Positions 41,751 through 55,511 of a stretch of 64,000 nt of DNA are shown piece by piece. The notes under the pieces were generated by a model. It had not been told where the DNA came from and searched no databases. It saw only the letters and a list, made by a program, of their open reading frames with translations. The first letter of the stretch is position 1; each line of letters begins with the position of its first letter. Source of the DNA: the human T2T-CHM13v2.0 reference genome, Homo sapiens. The position numbers and the translations under genes are program-made. The stretch lies in the NCBI RefSeq assembly GCF_009914755.1, contig NC_060947.1, one strand, 5' to 3'.

Positions 41751-42540
41751 ACATCGAGTGATAAGGATAATAGGTTATATTTAATGAGTGTTTCCTAAAT
41801 GCCTAGCACTATGGTCCATTGTTGACATATCATTTCATGGAATCCCCATAAGAACTCTGGAAGGGCCATGGACAGGGGAATGGCTACACTGTAAAGCAGG
41901 GATCTTAATGTCACATGGAATATTCAAATACAGGCTAGATTAATAGCTGTCAGGAATGTGTCATATGCAATTGTGTATTGGGATGCTGGTGGTGGTAGGA
42001 GAGTTGAATTAGATGGCTCTATGAGTTCCCTGTCTGATATAAGACTCAGTAAATATTCTACTTTATCTGTTTTCAACTTTATAACATTAAATATTACGAG
42101 CTGATGGTCCAAAGATAGCATTTTGAACTCTTCGTAAGATTGCTGCTATGTGTCTCTGTTTATACACTCACACACACAGAGAGAGACACATTTATTTATT
42201 TTTAAATCATATATATGCCAGGGTTTGAAAAAAGATAAGGATATCATTTAGATATGTGGAAGTTTTGAACAATTTGAAATCCTAACAATTTTTAATTTAT
42301 TAATTAAACCAATGCAACAACATGAGAAAATAGCATATGCTGCATTTATGATAGGCAGGAATTGAAATATACATCATTTTGTTAAAAATATACAATGAGA
42401 AAAATGTAGAAAATGTAAATTTCAAAAAGCTTTCATTTGAATGACTGGATTACAGGATGATTCTCTGGCTCTCTGTGGAGTATAAACATAAGAATTTACA
42501 GAGCTGTAACTTCAACTTTCTGTCCATCACTGTGCTAGAA

Positions 42541-42882
42541 TAGGGGTTCCCAACCCCTAGGCTGCAGACTGGTACCGGTCCGTGGCCTGTTAGGAACTGG
42601 GCCACACAGCAGGAGGTGAGCAGCAGGTGAGTGAGCATTACAGCCTGAGCTCCGTCTCCTGTCAGAGCAGCAACAACATTAGATTCTCATAGCAGTGCGA
42701 ACCCTATTGTGAATTGTGCATGTGAAGGATCTAGGGTGTGTGTTCCTTATGAGAATCTAAATAATGCCTGATGATCTGAGGTGGAACAGTTTCATCCCGA
42801 GACCATACCCCCCGACTCAGTCTGTGGAAAAATTGTCTTCCACGAAACCGGTCCCTGGTGCCAAAAAGGTTGCGGACGGCTG
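42541..42882 (+). mobile_element. MER1B (hAT-Charlie)
   Basis: Consensus match ggtaccggtccgtggcctgttaggaac...gaaaccggtccctggtgccaaaaagg; perfect 8-bp TSD TGCTAGAA (42533-42540 / 42883-42890). Confidence 0.92.
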
Positions 42883-45800
42883 TGCTAGAAGATTGAAGAG
42901 TATTACCACATTTAATCTTTGCAATGACCTTATAAGTTTGGTATGAAGATATTATTTCCATTTTACAGTTGAGAAAACAGAGTCTTAAGATAGAAAAGTT
43001 AAACAGCAGTGCCAAGATTCAAACACAGGTATTTCTGCTTCATACTGTCTACTGTGCTAAATCAGTACCCTCCTCTTTTCTTTCCTCTGTTAACGGAAAA
43101 CATTTTGAAAATATGCTAAAGTATAGCACAAATGATAATGGTTATTATTAATAAACAACTACAATGTCCAATATCCGGATTCATATGATGCTTGTCTTGA
43201 AAAAAAAATTTACTTTGTAACAGAAAGCTTGGTCTCTTTAGCACAGATAGGGACACATTTGGAGGATCCTGGTTTGTTCTATAGGCTTGACTTTAGGATC
43301 AGAACAATGTGTTTGAAGAGCTATTGGAGAATAAAAAGGCACAGTAAAAAGTGCTCCTCTTCTTTCCACAATCTAGATTCTAAAGTGCTGAGAGCTGAGA
43401 AACCAAACAGTACATGTGATACCACCTACTGCTTATTCACTACATGCAGAACCCTGCAATGGCTATTTATGAAGACCCAGAGAAAGAAGACCAACTTCTT
43501 TCCATGGGAGAGCTCTCAATGGAAGAGTGCCCTTAATGAAGGTTGTAAAGCAATGCAGTGAATTTCCTGACCAGTCTAAGAACTACTGCTGTATAGATAG
43601 TCGTCTTTTTGATGAAGCTTCATGTTCACCCTCCCTTCCCTACTAGTATAAACCATTAAAGTTTAGAAAAAGTCCTGCATTCAACTGATTCTTAAGAATT
43701 TAAATAAGGAGAGACAAAAGATGGCACTGAAGTACTAAATACTGCCAGAAAATATTTGGTTGGCTAGCTCCAACTTTAGGCCCTTGGTCGGAATCTATCA
43801 TTTGTTCTCTGCAGCCTGTGATGAACTATAACCTCTGAATCAAAGAGAGCATACGTTCTCACTTCCAAGAAGCCATCTATGCTGTAAAGAAAAATTGCTA
43901 CTGTGACAATTCAAGCAACTGGTGAGAAAGGTGAGTGCATTTCCCAGCATACACATTTCTTTTAAGCTTCCCGTTAATGAGCAGCAATGGACTTCCCAGA
44001 AGACACTGTACTCACCATTTTTCCCATCCAGACAGGACACTCCAGGAACAATTACAAAATCATGAACTTCAGTCACGTCTGCTGTCTGACATAGCTTCAT
44101 TTCCCTAGTGGACTAATGTGTACCTGCTTCACTGCCAACACAAGAGTCCTCATAAACTCATAGCTTCATCTTTCCTTATTTTGGGACCTTGCTTTTGGCC
44201 TTCTCTTATACTTTAGTTAAGATGCCCTCCTTGTTTTAGCTATTGAGGATAGTAAGATAACAGCTGCAAATTAGTTCTTGGTGTCTATCAGAAGTCAGAT
44301 TTCTTCTGCCTTAATTAGTACTGCTTTTTAAATATCACTGCTATGATTTCCAACCTGATATGTACCTAGGGTCCCCATTTTCCTCCAACAAGAATTTCCC
44401 ACTGCCAAAACTCCCTACCACAAAGGAAAGCAGAACAAACAATCAAGCTAGTCTCTAACCACAAATCAATCCCATTTCCAACTAGCTGATGAAAAATGTG
44501 AGAGTGACACTAGGGTCTAATCAAGGGAGGATGGGAAGATGATTACATTTTTGTCTGTTATCCTAAGCCCCAAACCAAGCTGGGTGGCTGTGTCTGTGTG
44601 TCTGTCTGGCACAGCCAGAACCAGGGCTCCCATGAGGACCTTCTCTCTCCATCATAACAGGACAGCTATGTGCAAGTCAGAGATGAGTAAACGTTTGGAG
44701 GCCAGTTAAGAGGCTATTAGAGTATAACATGGGTTGCTGACAGTGAAAATATAAAAGGAGAATTATCTGTGCTTATCTCCTACTCTTAAATATTAACTGG
44801 GATATGAAGGAGACTGGTGTCATGGAGTTTTCCTAAGTTGTTTGATGGTGCAAGCTGCTTTTAGGTTTGGGTGGAAGTGTGATTTGAGGCATTTCCCTTG
44901 GCCAGGGAGGCAGGGGAGTCAAGCTATGAAAAATATTTGTGAATCATGGTTTAAACAAGTACTCTAAATGAAGCCCTTAAACGTCACATGAGATCTTACA
45001 TTGTACTCTCCTAAAAGACAGAACACAAGTCTACTAAGTTTTTGTTTTTTTTTTCAACTCACTTAAGACAGCAATTAGCACTTAGCAGAAAGTCTGAATT
45101 CCCCCAAACCTATTTATATGAGAAATGGCCTTTTAAATGAAAAGTCTGAATAATAAAAAAAATGGAATCAGTTACTCAGCATAAGACCCTTTCAACACCA
45201 AGGGTTTCCACTTATTTTCAGAATTTAATTCTCTTGTTCAACTTTGTAATAATCCATACAGATAAAAGAACCCCAAGTACCTCCTGGTTTCAGCAGAATA
45301 TTGATCACTACCTCTCTGAATTTGCTTTGGAGTTTCACCCCTTGGTTGACTCCCAGTACTATATACAGATGACCTGTTTTAAGACACAAAGCAGCTCTGA
45401 GCTGTGGGCTTCATGCCCCTGAAGCAGGGTTTTCAAAGAGCTTCTCTGCTGAGCAAGCTCTTTCCACAGTGCAATTAGGCTCAGCCAGAGGACAAACAGT
45501 TCCTCATCCTATGTGTCTTCCATTAATAAAGATTTGCAGCAATGTGTACCAGACTTGGAGCATTACTCAGATCTACCAAGTCCCCAGTTTGGGGAAGTGG
45601 CTCTGATTGATTTTGGAGTCTCTGGTGTCTTTGGACAGATGTATTCATTCAACATGTGGAGGCCTGCGGGCAATTCAGATTTTAGCTGAGGCTGTAGCCA
45701 CCATTAAAACAGGACTGCAGATAATAGCAAAGATTACAAGCAAATGTAGAGTTACATAGTTAGAGGAAAATACTCATTAGGCTCTTGTTTTCCCCAAAGT

Positions 45801-47559
45801 TGTGAAAATTCAGAATAAAAACAACAAAGGGCACAGAAGGTTGGTGTGGCAAAGTCAGAGTACATATTAAGTACACTGCAACACATTCAGTACATCCTGA
45901 TTTTCAAAGAGAACTGAACCAGGAATCAAGAAGCCATAACTCTGTCATGTCACTTCATTTTGAGTTAATAAGAGCTAACATATTAAGCACCTATTTATTA
46001 TGTGCTAGATACTGTGGGAAGTATATTACTCCTTACTTACATTGTCTCATTTATTTCTTCACAACCACTGTAGGAGTCTTATTACCTTCCCCACTACACA
46101 GAAAGCAAAGAGAAGTGAAACACTTCCTGAAGTAATACAGGTTACACAGAGCTTAGGTCAGTTTGATGCTTAAGCCTGTGTTCTTAACCTCTTTCTATCA
46201 CTGCCTGTCTTCTACATTAAGCTCCCTACTTAGTAGTCTACTCTTTTTACTAAATTATATTGACTCCCCTCTTTAATTTCTTCACTTACTAGACTATTAC
46301 AAAGTTGAACAAGAGAATTAAATTCTGAAAATAAGTTGAAACCCTTGGTATTGAAAGAGCCTTAAGCTAAATAATTGATTCCATTGGGGGACATTTGGAT
46401 GGGATGATCCTAGAACCACCTTAATTCTAAAAATACAGTAATTTCATAAAGAGTGAGGAAAAAAGCTATTTTTTCTAGGTGATTGTGGATATAGTTCCAG
46501 TAGACACATTCCAACTTGGATCTTAAACCCTAGGCTGAGTGACTTTTTCTCCTGCGAATGTTAGTTGCTTGATGCCCTGGAGTACTGAACTTCCTATTCA
46601 CCTCTCTATGATGGTGGAATGACCTCTATGAAGCAGGCTGGGGAATTTTCTAAGAAACCAGGTCACTGCTGCTGTCTTAGCAAAGCACAAACAGTGTAGA
46701 CCTATTCTCATTCTCTAGTTCCCATGGTTCTAGGAGGTAGGCTGAGCCTGGTCCTCAGCATTTAATTCACTTTGCATAGCTTTCTTCTTCAGGGCAGGAG
46801 CTGGGCTAAGATCATCTTAGAGTCTGGCACAACAAAAAGGCCACCTATGGAGTCTACTTTCTTATTTATTTGCATATTTTCATACAGTTGGGGCAGCAAA
46901 TATTAGATGCCCATCATAATTAAGAAAAAGCCCAAAGTCCCTTGAAGACATTTAAAGTGAAATGCCTACAGGAAGAAGAGAGGTTTCCTCTAGATTTTTT
47001 ATTTTAAAAAATGAAAATAATGTTAAACTTCTTGGCACTGCGGCTGAATATTAAGTAGAAACATCTTAGGGAAACTTGCCTGAGAGCTATATGAATTCTA
47101 AACTATGAAAACAAGACACTCAGTAGAAAACTGTAAAGGAGAAAAGCGGTCAGTTTGCTTTATCAAAGAAACAAAGCATTTTCCTCCAGGGAGAAAGGAA
47201 GCATGATGGGAAATCTGCAAACAATGGACTTCTGGAAGGTTTCATGTGTTTGCTTAAAAACCAAAATAACAACAACCCAAACTCCACAGTACTGACAGGG
47301 GACAAGTGTTCTACCTAATAGCACATGGGCCATGGGATATTTCCAAAAAGCAATGATGTTCAGACTCAGTCCCCTTGCGAGCATGATTTGAATAATTTTT
47401 GCCAGACACCACCTTCCCCCAAGTCTCTACCATGATCTAGGGACAATGCTAAAATTTCTCCCTGTTGTCACTCATCTAAGGCTCAAAAGGAAGAGCATTT
47501 GTAGTAGTGATGGTGGGGCCTTTGACGGTAAGAGTGAGAGGGCACCTCTCCATTTATTT

Positions 47560-48830
47560 TGCAATTTGTCTCTCTGCTTGCATTTTTGTCTATGTCATAG
47601 CACATCTGTTTTTCTGTCTATTTTTCTTTCTGTTTCTCTGTCCGTCTCTCAGTCCATCCATCAATTCCTCTCTGCCTGTGTCTCCTTGTCTGTTTTGACA
47701 CTCTCTCTGTCTTCCTGCTTCTTGTCACTGTATGGTTCTCTCTCTCAGGTTCTGTCTCTTTGTTGCTCTTTGTCTGTTGCTCAGTCAGTGTCTTTCTTTC
47801 TTCTCTCTCTCTGTTGCTCCCTTCCTCCCTCTGCCTGTCTGCATCTCACTCTGTCTGTCTATCTGTCTCTGACCAACGGCTTCTGACAATCTATTTACTT
47901 TTCTCTCATTGTTTAAATATCCCTGTTTAAGTGTCCCTGTCTAGTTTTCAGTCTGTCTGTCTTTTGGTTGGTCTGCCTGGTGCTCTATGTCTGCCTTCCT
48001 GTCTCTGTCAGTATCTCTGCCTCTCTGTGCCTCTTTGTTCATTTCTTTGTCTCAGTATCTCTGTTAATACTTTGTCTCTTTTGTCTTTCTGTCAGTCTCT
48101 GTATGTGTCTCTTTTTGTTTCTCTGTCTCTGTGTTACCCATCTGTCTGTCTGTACTCTGGTTATCTGTCCAATCTGTCTGCCTGTTTCTCCACCAGCCTG
48201 TCTGTCCACTTGTTTCTCTGGGTGTCTGCATGTATTTATCTCAGTCTTTACTTCTATCTCTTTGTCTAGCTGACTATCTTTCTCTATAATTTTTTTCTCT
48301 CACCCTCTTCCTCTCTCTCGGGCTGTCAGCCTTGCTGTGATCCTCTCAGTTTCTCTGTTTCTTGTCTTTTGGCCTATAACACATGGTATCTGTCCAACTC
48401 TTTCAGTCTCCCATCTCGGTCAGTCTCTTTGTCTTGGTTTGTCTGTTGCTCTCTCTTCCCAAGTCTGTCTTTCTGTCTCACAGCCTACGTTTTTCTCTTG
48501 TCAATCTGTCTTCCCATTCTTCTCTGTTGGTTTTCATTTCTCTTTCCCTCTGTATCTGTCTTTCTCTGCCTGTCTGCTGCTCTGTGCTTCTTGCCACATT
48601 AGTCCCTCTCTCTGTATCTACCTGTTCTGTCTCTTTGTCTCCCTGTCTTTTGACTCTATTCGTACCTCTCTGTTTCTATCCATATCTCTCTCATTCTATA
48701 ATAAGTGTCCCTCTCTCTGCCTGCCTACCTGTCTGGGTATCTGTCTGTCTGTGTTTATTCTTTCCTTTAGTAGTTTGGCTGGCTGGCTCACTGTCTCTCA
48801 GGCTGTTTTCCTCTCTCTCTTTCTGTCACA
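47560..48830. repeat. Degenerate CT/TCTG-rich low-complexity tract, left part
   Basis: Strong pyrimidine skew; recurrent tctc/tctg/ctgtc words. Confidence 0.92.
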
Positions 48831-49780
48831 ATGTCACCATTTTAAAGTGAACAATTCAGTGGAATTAAGTACATTCACACTGTGCATGCAAGCACTACTT
48901 TTATCTAGTCCCTGTCCCCAAATATTCTCATCACTCCAAAAGAAAAGCCTGTACTCATTAAACAGTTGTCCTCCCTTCCTCCCTTCCCCTAGCCACCGGC
49001 AACCACCAATCTACTTTCTGTCTCCATGGATTTACCTATTATAGACATTTCAGAGAAAAGGAATCATACAACATGTGACATTATGTGTCCAGCTTCTTTC
49101 TCTCAGAATAATGTTTTCTAGGTTTATCTCCCTTGTAGCATGTATAATTATTTCATTACTTTTTATGGTTGAATAATATTCTACCGTATGGATATATCAC
49201 TATTTGTTTATTCATTCATCCATTGATGGACATTAGGTTTGTTTCCACCTTTTTGGCTATCATGAATATAGCTGCTATGAACATATGCAGCTATATATGC
49301 ATGCATACATGCTTGTCTGAGTACCTGTTTTCTATCCTTTTGGATATACCCAGCAGTGAAATTGCTGGTTCATATGGTAATTCTATGTTTTACTTTTTGA
49401 GGAACCACCAAAGTGTTTTCTAAGTGGCTGAACCATTTTATACTCCTACCAGAAATTTAGAAGGGTGCCAATTTCTCCACATTCTTGAAAACAGTTGATA
49501 TTTTCTGTCTTTTAGATTCTAGCCATCTTAATGGATACAAAGTGGTATTTAATTATGGTTTTGATTTGCATTTCCCTAATGACTAGTAATGTTGAACATC
49601 TTTTCATGTGCTTATTGGCCATTTGCATATATCTTCTTTGGAGAAATGTCTATTTGAGTCCTTAGCCTATGTTTTGATTGAGTTGTTTGTCTTTTTGTTG
49701 TTGAGTTGTAAGAGTCCTTTATATGTCCTGGATACTATACCCTTACCAGATATATGGTTTGCAAATATTTTCTCCCAGTA
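48830..49780 (-). mobile_element. L1MB-like 3' fragment inserted in the CT tract
   Basis: caccattttaaagtgaacaattcagtgg...ggcaaccaccaatctactttctgtctc...ttgcaaatattttctccca. Confidence 0.88.
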
Positions 49781-51390
49781 TGTTTTCTCTCATTTTCTCT
49801 ATGTCTTTCTGATAGATTGAATCTATTACACTGCCTCTTTCTGACTACTTCTCTGTTGGTGTCTTTGTATCAATATGTCCCGGACATGACTCTATAAGGC
49901 TCTACCTGTTCCTTCTTTCTTCATCTCCCTCCTTAACCTTTCTTTTTTAGTCTGTCTCTTTCCTTCCTTCCCTCCCTCCCCATCTGTTTCCTCTATTTCC
50001 CTGCATGTGACTCCCTCTTTTTCTCACTATTTCTCCCTGCCCTCATTCATCTCTCAGTTTGTCTCTCTGTCCATTTAGTTGGCTCTCTATCTCTCTACTT
50101 TCTGTCTTGCTCTCTGTGTCTTTCTGATTCTCCCTTTATTGGTTAGTCTATCAGTTGCTTTGTTTATCACCCTATCTCTCTCCCCCAGACTCTCTTGGTC
50201 TCTCTCTCTCTCCATCTGCATCTCTCTCTGTATTTGCCTTTTCTCCTATGCCTCATGGCCCTCCCTTTCTGTCTCTCTAAGTGTCTTGTCTCAGTGTGTC
50301 TCTCAATCACTGTCTCAGTGTCTCTCTCCGGTTCTACCTGATTCTCCTGACACTTTTTCTGTGTCTACCTATCTCTCTGCAACAGTTTCTTTTTGCCTCT
50401 TTCTGTTTCTCTCTCTCCTTGCCTATTTCTCTCGTCTTCCTGTTTTTCTGCCTGTCTGTCTCTTAGTCTATCAGGCTTTCTTTCCATTTGTCTATCTCCT
50501 CATCTCTTTCTTTCTCTTTCCTTTGCCTCTCCCATATAGCTCCATCTGGCCAACTCTCTCTGTCTGAGTGACTTTCACTGACTCTCTTTCTCTCGCTATC
50601 TCACTGTCTTTTCTATCTTGCTGTCTCTTGTGGTCTCTGCTTCTCTCTATGATGATCTGTCTCTGGCTCTGTATGTATCTCCCTCACTTCTTTCTCTGTC
50701 CCTTGCTCCTTCTGTGTGTTCTCTCTGCTTTGTCTCTGTCTCTGTCTTCCTGTATCACATTCTAACTCTTCATCTCTCTGCAATACCCGCAACACCCCAC
50801 TTCTCTGTCTATCTCTCAGGGTTTGTCTGTCCATGTGAGTGTTATTTGCTTCTTTTCTCTTTCTGCCAATTTTACTCTCTCTCTTTTCTTCTTGACTTTC
50901 TTTCTCACTCAGTTTCTCTCTCCTTCTGTCTCTCTTTAGTTCTTTAGCTTTCTCTGCTTCTGGGTCTTTCTCTCTCTACCCTGTTTTCTCTCTCTCTTTG
51001 TGACCTCCCCATTCTATCTCTTCTGTTTCAGTGTGTCCCCATATCTCTCTCCTTGTTCCTCACTGCTGTCTCTGTTCCTCCTTTTCTCCATCTTTTTCTG
51101 TTTGCCAGTCTGCCTTCCTTTCCACCTGTCTGCTTCTCTTTGTCTGTCCATCTCTCTTTGTATGCTTCCATCTCTCTATATTAACCAGTTGATCTCTATA
51201 CCTTTATCTATCCATGTTTGCCTCTGCCTTTCTGTTTTTCCATCTGACTGGCTCTGTCTCTCCTTCTTGGTCTATCCTTCCCTGTCTGTCTATCCCTGCC
51301 TTTATCCACCTCTGTCCATTCCTATCTTTATATTCGCCTGTCTATCTCCCTCTGGCCATTTGTCTGTCTGTCTCTGCCTCTTCTTTGAAA
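49780..51390. repeat. Degenerate CT/TCTG-rich low-complexity tract, right part
   Basis: Same composition as 47560-48830. Confidence 0.92.
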
Positions 51391-51985
51391 GCATGTGGTA
51401 TTTATCTTTCCATGCCTGACTTTTATTTCCAGGCTGATCCATTTTGCTGCCAAAGACATGATTCCATTCTTTTTTATGGCTGAATAGTATTCCATTGTGT
51501 ATATATGCCACATTTTCTTTATCCATTCATCTATTGATACACGGTTAGTTTGGTTCTATATCTTAGCTATTGTGAATAGTGTTGCAATGAACATGGTGGT
51601 GCAGGCAACTCTTTGATATACTGATTTCTTTTTCCTTGGATAAATACCCAGTAGAAGGACTGCTGGATCATATGGAAAGGGGTGGGGAGCATGGGGAGAG
51701 GTTGGTTAATGAATATGAAATTATAGCTAGATAGGAGGAATGAGTTCTGGTGTTCTTCAGCAATGTAGGATGAATATGGTTAAATATACTTATTATGTAT
51801 TTTCAAAAAGCTAGAAAAGAACATTTTTGAATATTATTAACACAAATAATAAATGTTTGAGGTGATGAGTATGCTAATTACTCTGCTTAGATCATTACAC
51901 ATTGCATACATGGCTCAAAATATCAATCTGCATCCTATAAATATGTACAATTATTATGTGTCAACTAAAAATAAAAGGAAAAATA
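51390..51985. mobile_element. L1MA-like element with 5' inversion (minus 51390-51676, plus 51677-51985)
   Basis: Reverse ORF2-end segment directly abuts a forward 3'UTR ending taaaaataaaa. Confidence 0.8.
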
Positions 51986-52241
51986 TGGAAAAAGACAAAA
52001 AAGAAGCTGAAGTATAAAATTTCTTTCCAACCTGTGCCAGTTGAACACATGAATCTCAGAGAATGGACTTATAGTCTTTGGCTTGCGAAAAATGCATGGA
52101 TTGTACTGACTTACGAAAAATAAGTCTAACATGTCTACCTAGTACTTGAAAAACACAAGTATACACCAACTTTGGTATCTTTCAAACACTGTCACTTAGT
52201 TGTCCACTAGTGAAAAACACAACAAAAATCTATGTGCTCAG

Positions 52242-52672
52242 CAAAGACATAGAATCAACCCAGGTACCTATCAATGGTGGATTGGATAAAGAAAATGTGG
52301 TACATATACACTGTGGAATACTATGCAGCCATAAAAAAGAACAAAATAATATATTTTGCAGCAACATGGATGCAGCTGGAGGCCATTATCCTAAGACAAT
52401 TAATGCAGAAATAGAAAACCAAATACTGCATTTTCTCACTTATAAGTGAGAGCTAAACATTGGGTACACATGGACACAAAGATGAGAACAATCAACACGG
52501 GGGATTACAAAAGGGGGAGGGGAGAGAGGAAGGGAAGCAAGGGTTGAAAAACTACCTGTTGGGTACCATGTTCATTACTTGGGTAACAGGATCATTAGAG
52601 GCCCAAACCTCTGCATCATGCAGAATACTCATGTAACAAACCTGTACCTGTACCCTTGAATCTAACATTTTA
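52242..52672 (+). mobile_element. 5'-truncated L1PA/PB 3' end
   Basis: tggataaagaaaatgtggtacatatacac...catgtaacaaacctg; degenerate TSD aaaaa.cta..tgctcag. Confidence 0.88.
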
Positions 52673-52974
52673 AAAAACTACATGCTCAGAGCATGTCTTG
52701 TAAACCTTTCATTTGGCTTATATTTTAAGTAAGCTTCCAGAACTCAAGAAATTTGAGAAACTAGGAGTTAAGGGACAGACTGCATCACATAAAATATAGA
52801 GTCTGAACAGATTGTTTTTGAAAATTACATCACCACTGAAACATACAGTGATCCAGAATTCTGCAGACTAAATTACATCAGCACAATCACTTGATTTTAG
52901 TCTAACAATCTAGTTTGGTAATCCTATGATGTAAGCCCTAATAATAAGGAAATCATTGAGGCATTATGGAACAA

Positions 52975-53140
52975 TGTCATTAAACCTCTCTGTGTCTCAG
53001 TTTCCTCATCTATAAAATGAGGCTAATGACAGTAAATGACCTTATAAGGTTGTTATCAGAAGTAAAGGGGATAATCCATGTATAGTTCTTAGAACAGTGC
53101 CTGGTGCAGTAGGAGCTCAAAAGAAAATGTTAGCTGTTAT
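52975..53140 (+). mobile_element. MIR (donor of the insert at 55745-55812)
   Basis: aacctctctgtgtctcagtttcctcatctataaaatg...cttagaacagtgcctgg. Confidence 0.85.
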
Positions 53141-53353
53141 TTTTTCTATTGTTGTTGTTGCAATTCTTATCACTGTTATTATCATATAAACATCTAAATA
53201 GCACTGGAATCAGGAGAGCTATGTGACTTTGGTAAAGTCTGCTCTCTGGGAAGTTTCCTTAACTAAAAAATGAAGATGTACCTCTAAAATTTTTATGGTT
53301 CTATGGTCCTAGGATTCCATGTGTTTCTGAGTACTAAGCACATGGGGTCACAT

Positions 53354-53733
53354 GTTTTTTTAATTTTTAATTTTCATGGGTACATAGTAGGTATATTTAT
53401 TTATAGGGTACATGAGACATTTGGATATAGGGATGCAATGCATAATAATCACATCATGAAAAATGGGGTATCCATCCCCTCAGGCACTTATCCTCTGTGT
53501 TACAAGCAACCAAACCACACCCTTTTAGTAATTTTTAAATGTACAATTAAATTATTTTGACTATAGTCACCCTGTTGTACTATCAAATACTAGGTCTTAT
53601 TCATTCTTTCTATTTTTTTGTACCCATTAATCCTCCCCTCCACCCCACCACCACTACCCTTCCCAGCCTCTGGTAACCATCCGTCTACTCACTATCTTCA
53701 TGAGCATGAGTTCAATTGTTTTGATTTTTACAT
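53354..53733 (-). mobile_element. 5'-truncated L1MA-like 3' end
   Basis: 13-bp TSD catggggtcacat (53341-53353 / 53734-53746). Confidence 0.88.
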
Positions 53734-54052
53734 CATGGGGTCACATTTTTTTATCAGGCTCCATGATGTAATTTTTATCCTCAAAAGTTGTCAGACCTAT
53801 GTTACAAAGGAACAAAAAAGCCACAAGGAAAATCTGTTTTTCAAACATTTCTAAAGCTAACCTGACATCTGCAAACCTCTGCTTTCTCACTGACTTATTT
53901 AGCTCTTACGGGATCCCACAACAAAAAGCATAAATTCAGGAATGACATCCATTCTTTCTCCAATGATGCCCATATCAGACAGTTGGCGTAGGTAACATTT
54001 CCACAGATGTGGACTTCACCCTTGAGAGCTAGAGTGCCATATTTTTAAAAGA

Positions 54053-54333
54053 GGATATTGTACTTTGCTTCAAATTGCTGCCTGCGGATGTTGTACCCTT
54101 CCTGGGAAGGCTATTTATGGCTATTGTATGTTTTTTGTGAAGACTGTCTAGGATGTCATAGCTTTCCTGGAAATAGTCTTTGCATGTTATATCTTGCCTC
54201 AGAATGGACGTTGCTTCTTTCTTGGAAATGCTGCTCATGGATGTTATCGTCCCTGGGATGCTGTCTGTGGTTGCTGTAACTGGCCTCTGAATACTACCTG
54301 TGGATAGTGTACTTGACTTTTGATATTCACTGT
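54053..54333 (-). repeat. Highly degenerate ~33-nt tandem repeat (about 9 units)
   Basis: Minus-strand units of 32, 33, 30, 33, 24, 31, 32, 33, 33 nt, mostly ending ...ac(a/g)..atcc; delimited by eye. Confidence 0.65.
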
Positions 54334-55511
54334 GGCTAATTTATCTTCTGACCCGAGGGGCCCTCCACTGAAGCTGCTTCTCCAGTGCAGTTTCTGAGGG
54401 AGAACTAAGAATATGTTTCTGGTACTTGTGGGTTTGTAACTTGATTCATTAACATTTTCTCCAGACTGAATGGATCTCATGCCCTAAACTGTGTTCAATA
54501 AATATAATCTCTTGCCATACTCTGCCCGTTTTCTGGATGGATAAGCTGCAGGTGGGAAGCTATTGGGAAAGAGGAAGAATACTAATTGGTAAATTGACTT
54601 TGGGTCTTGGACAACAGCTTGTAGTACAAAAACTCTAACTTATTAGCTAAACTAGGCAATTGGCAATAGTTGCCTCTGAAAAAGATGAAAACTGGAAGCA
54701 CAAAGCATATTCATTCAGGCAATAATGTACCCTGTACTGTGGTAAATGAATCTTCACCTTTGTAAGCACAGTGCTACATAATTGTTCAGAATATTTCCTG
54801 TGACTAAAGCATAAAATTTTCATACGTCCCATAAGAATTCTCAAATCTTAATTACTCACTCTTCTATTTTCTTCATCTTCAATATTTTCCTTAGGATGAG
54901 GATGTCAAATTCCCTGTGGGAATGTGGCAACATATATTTATCACTAAAACCTATCTTGTCTCTGCTCCCCTAATCCTGCCAGCATTAGCATACCTGTGCT
55001 CATTCATACACATGCTCGTTCCCTTACAAATTCATGTCTCCCACTCCCATAGACATGCACAATGCATTTTGTCCAAGCTGTACTGGTGAAAGAATAAGGT
55101 CATGTAGCTAAGGAATATTGATCTTGAGGGGCAGATTCATAGAATTTACACAATGTAGCTCCAAGAAAGATCCTGATTAGTTCCTGCACCTTCACATTCT
55201 CTGCAAAAAGGCATGACAGGCAGCAGAAAATAACCTTTTGTGGTTAAAATCTTTGTGCTTTAAGATGACCAGGGAGGAAAGAGGTATGATGGGGAAGAGG
55301 TCATCAATTCAAAAATGGCCCTTCCCAGTTCTTATGTTTCAATTCTTTTACCACTGCTTTTCAGAATGGGGATTTAGCTGTACTTAAGTGTCCTGTCCCT
55401 TAGGTGGTCATTCACTTGTCTTAATATTTTCTTTTTAATTATACTTTTAATTAGAAATAATTATAGATTCATCTGCAGGCATAAAAAATAATACAGAGAG
55501 ATACTACGCAT

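Noticed and set aside
47446-51526. Cluster of long Leu/Ser/Cys-rich ORFs resembling membrane proteins
   Set aside because: CT-rich sequence lacks stop codons in all frames; a compositional artefact.
53895-54025. Gag-like look of the minus-strand peptide ...WMSFLNLCFLLWDPVRAK downstream of the 33-nt repeat
   Set aside because: Only a vague motif resemblance; unsupported without a profile search.
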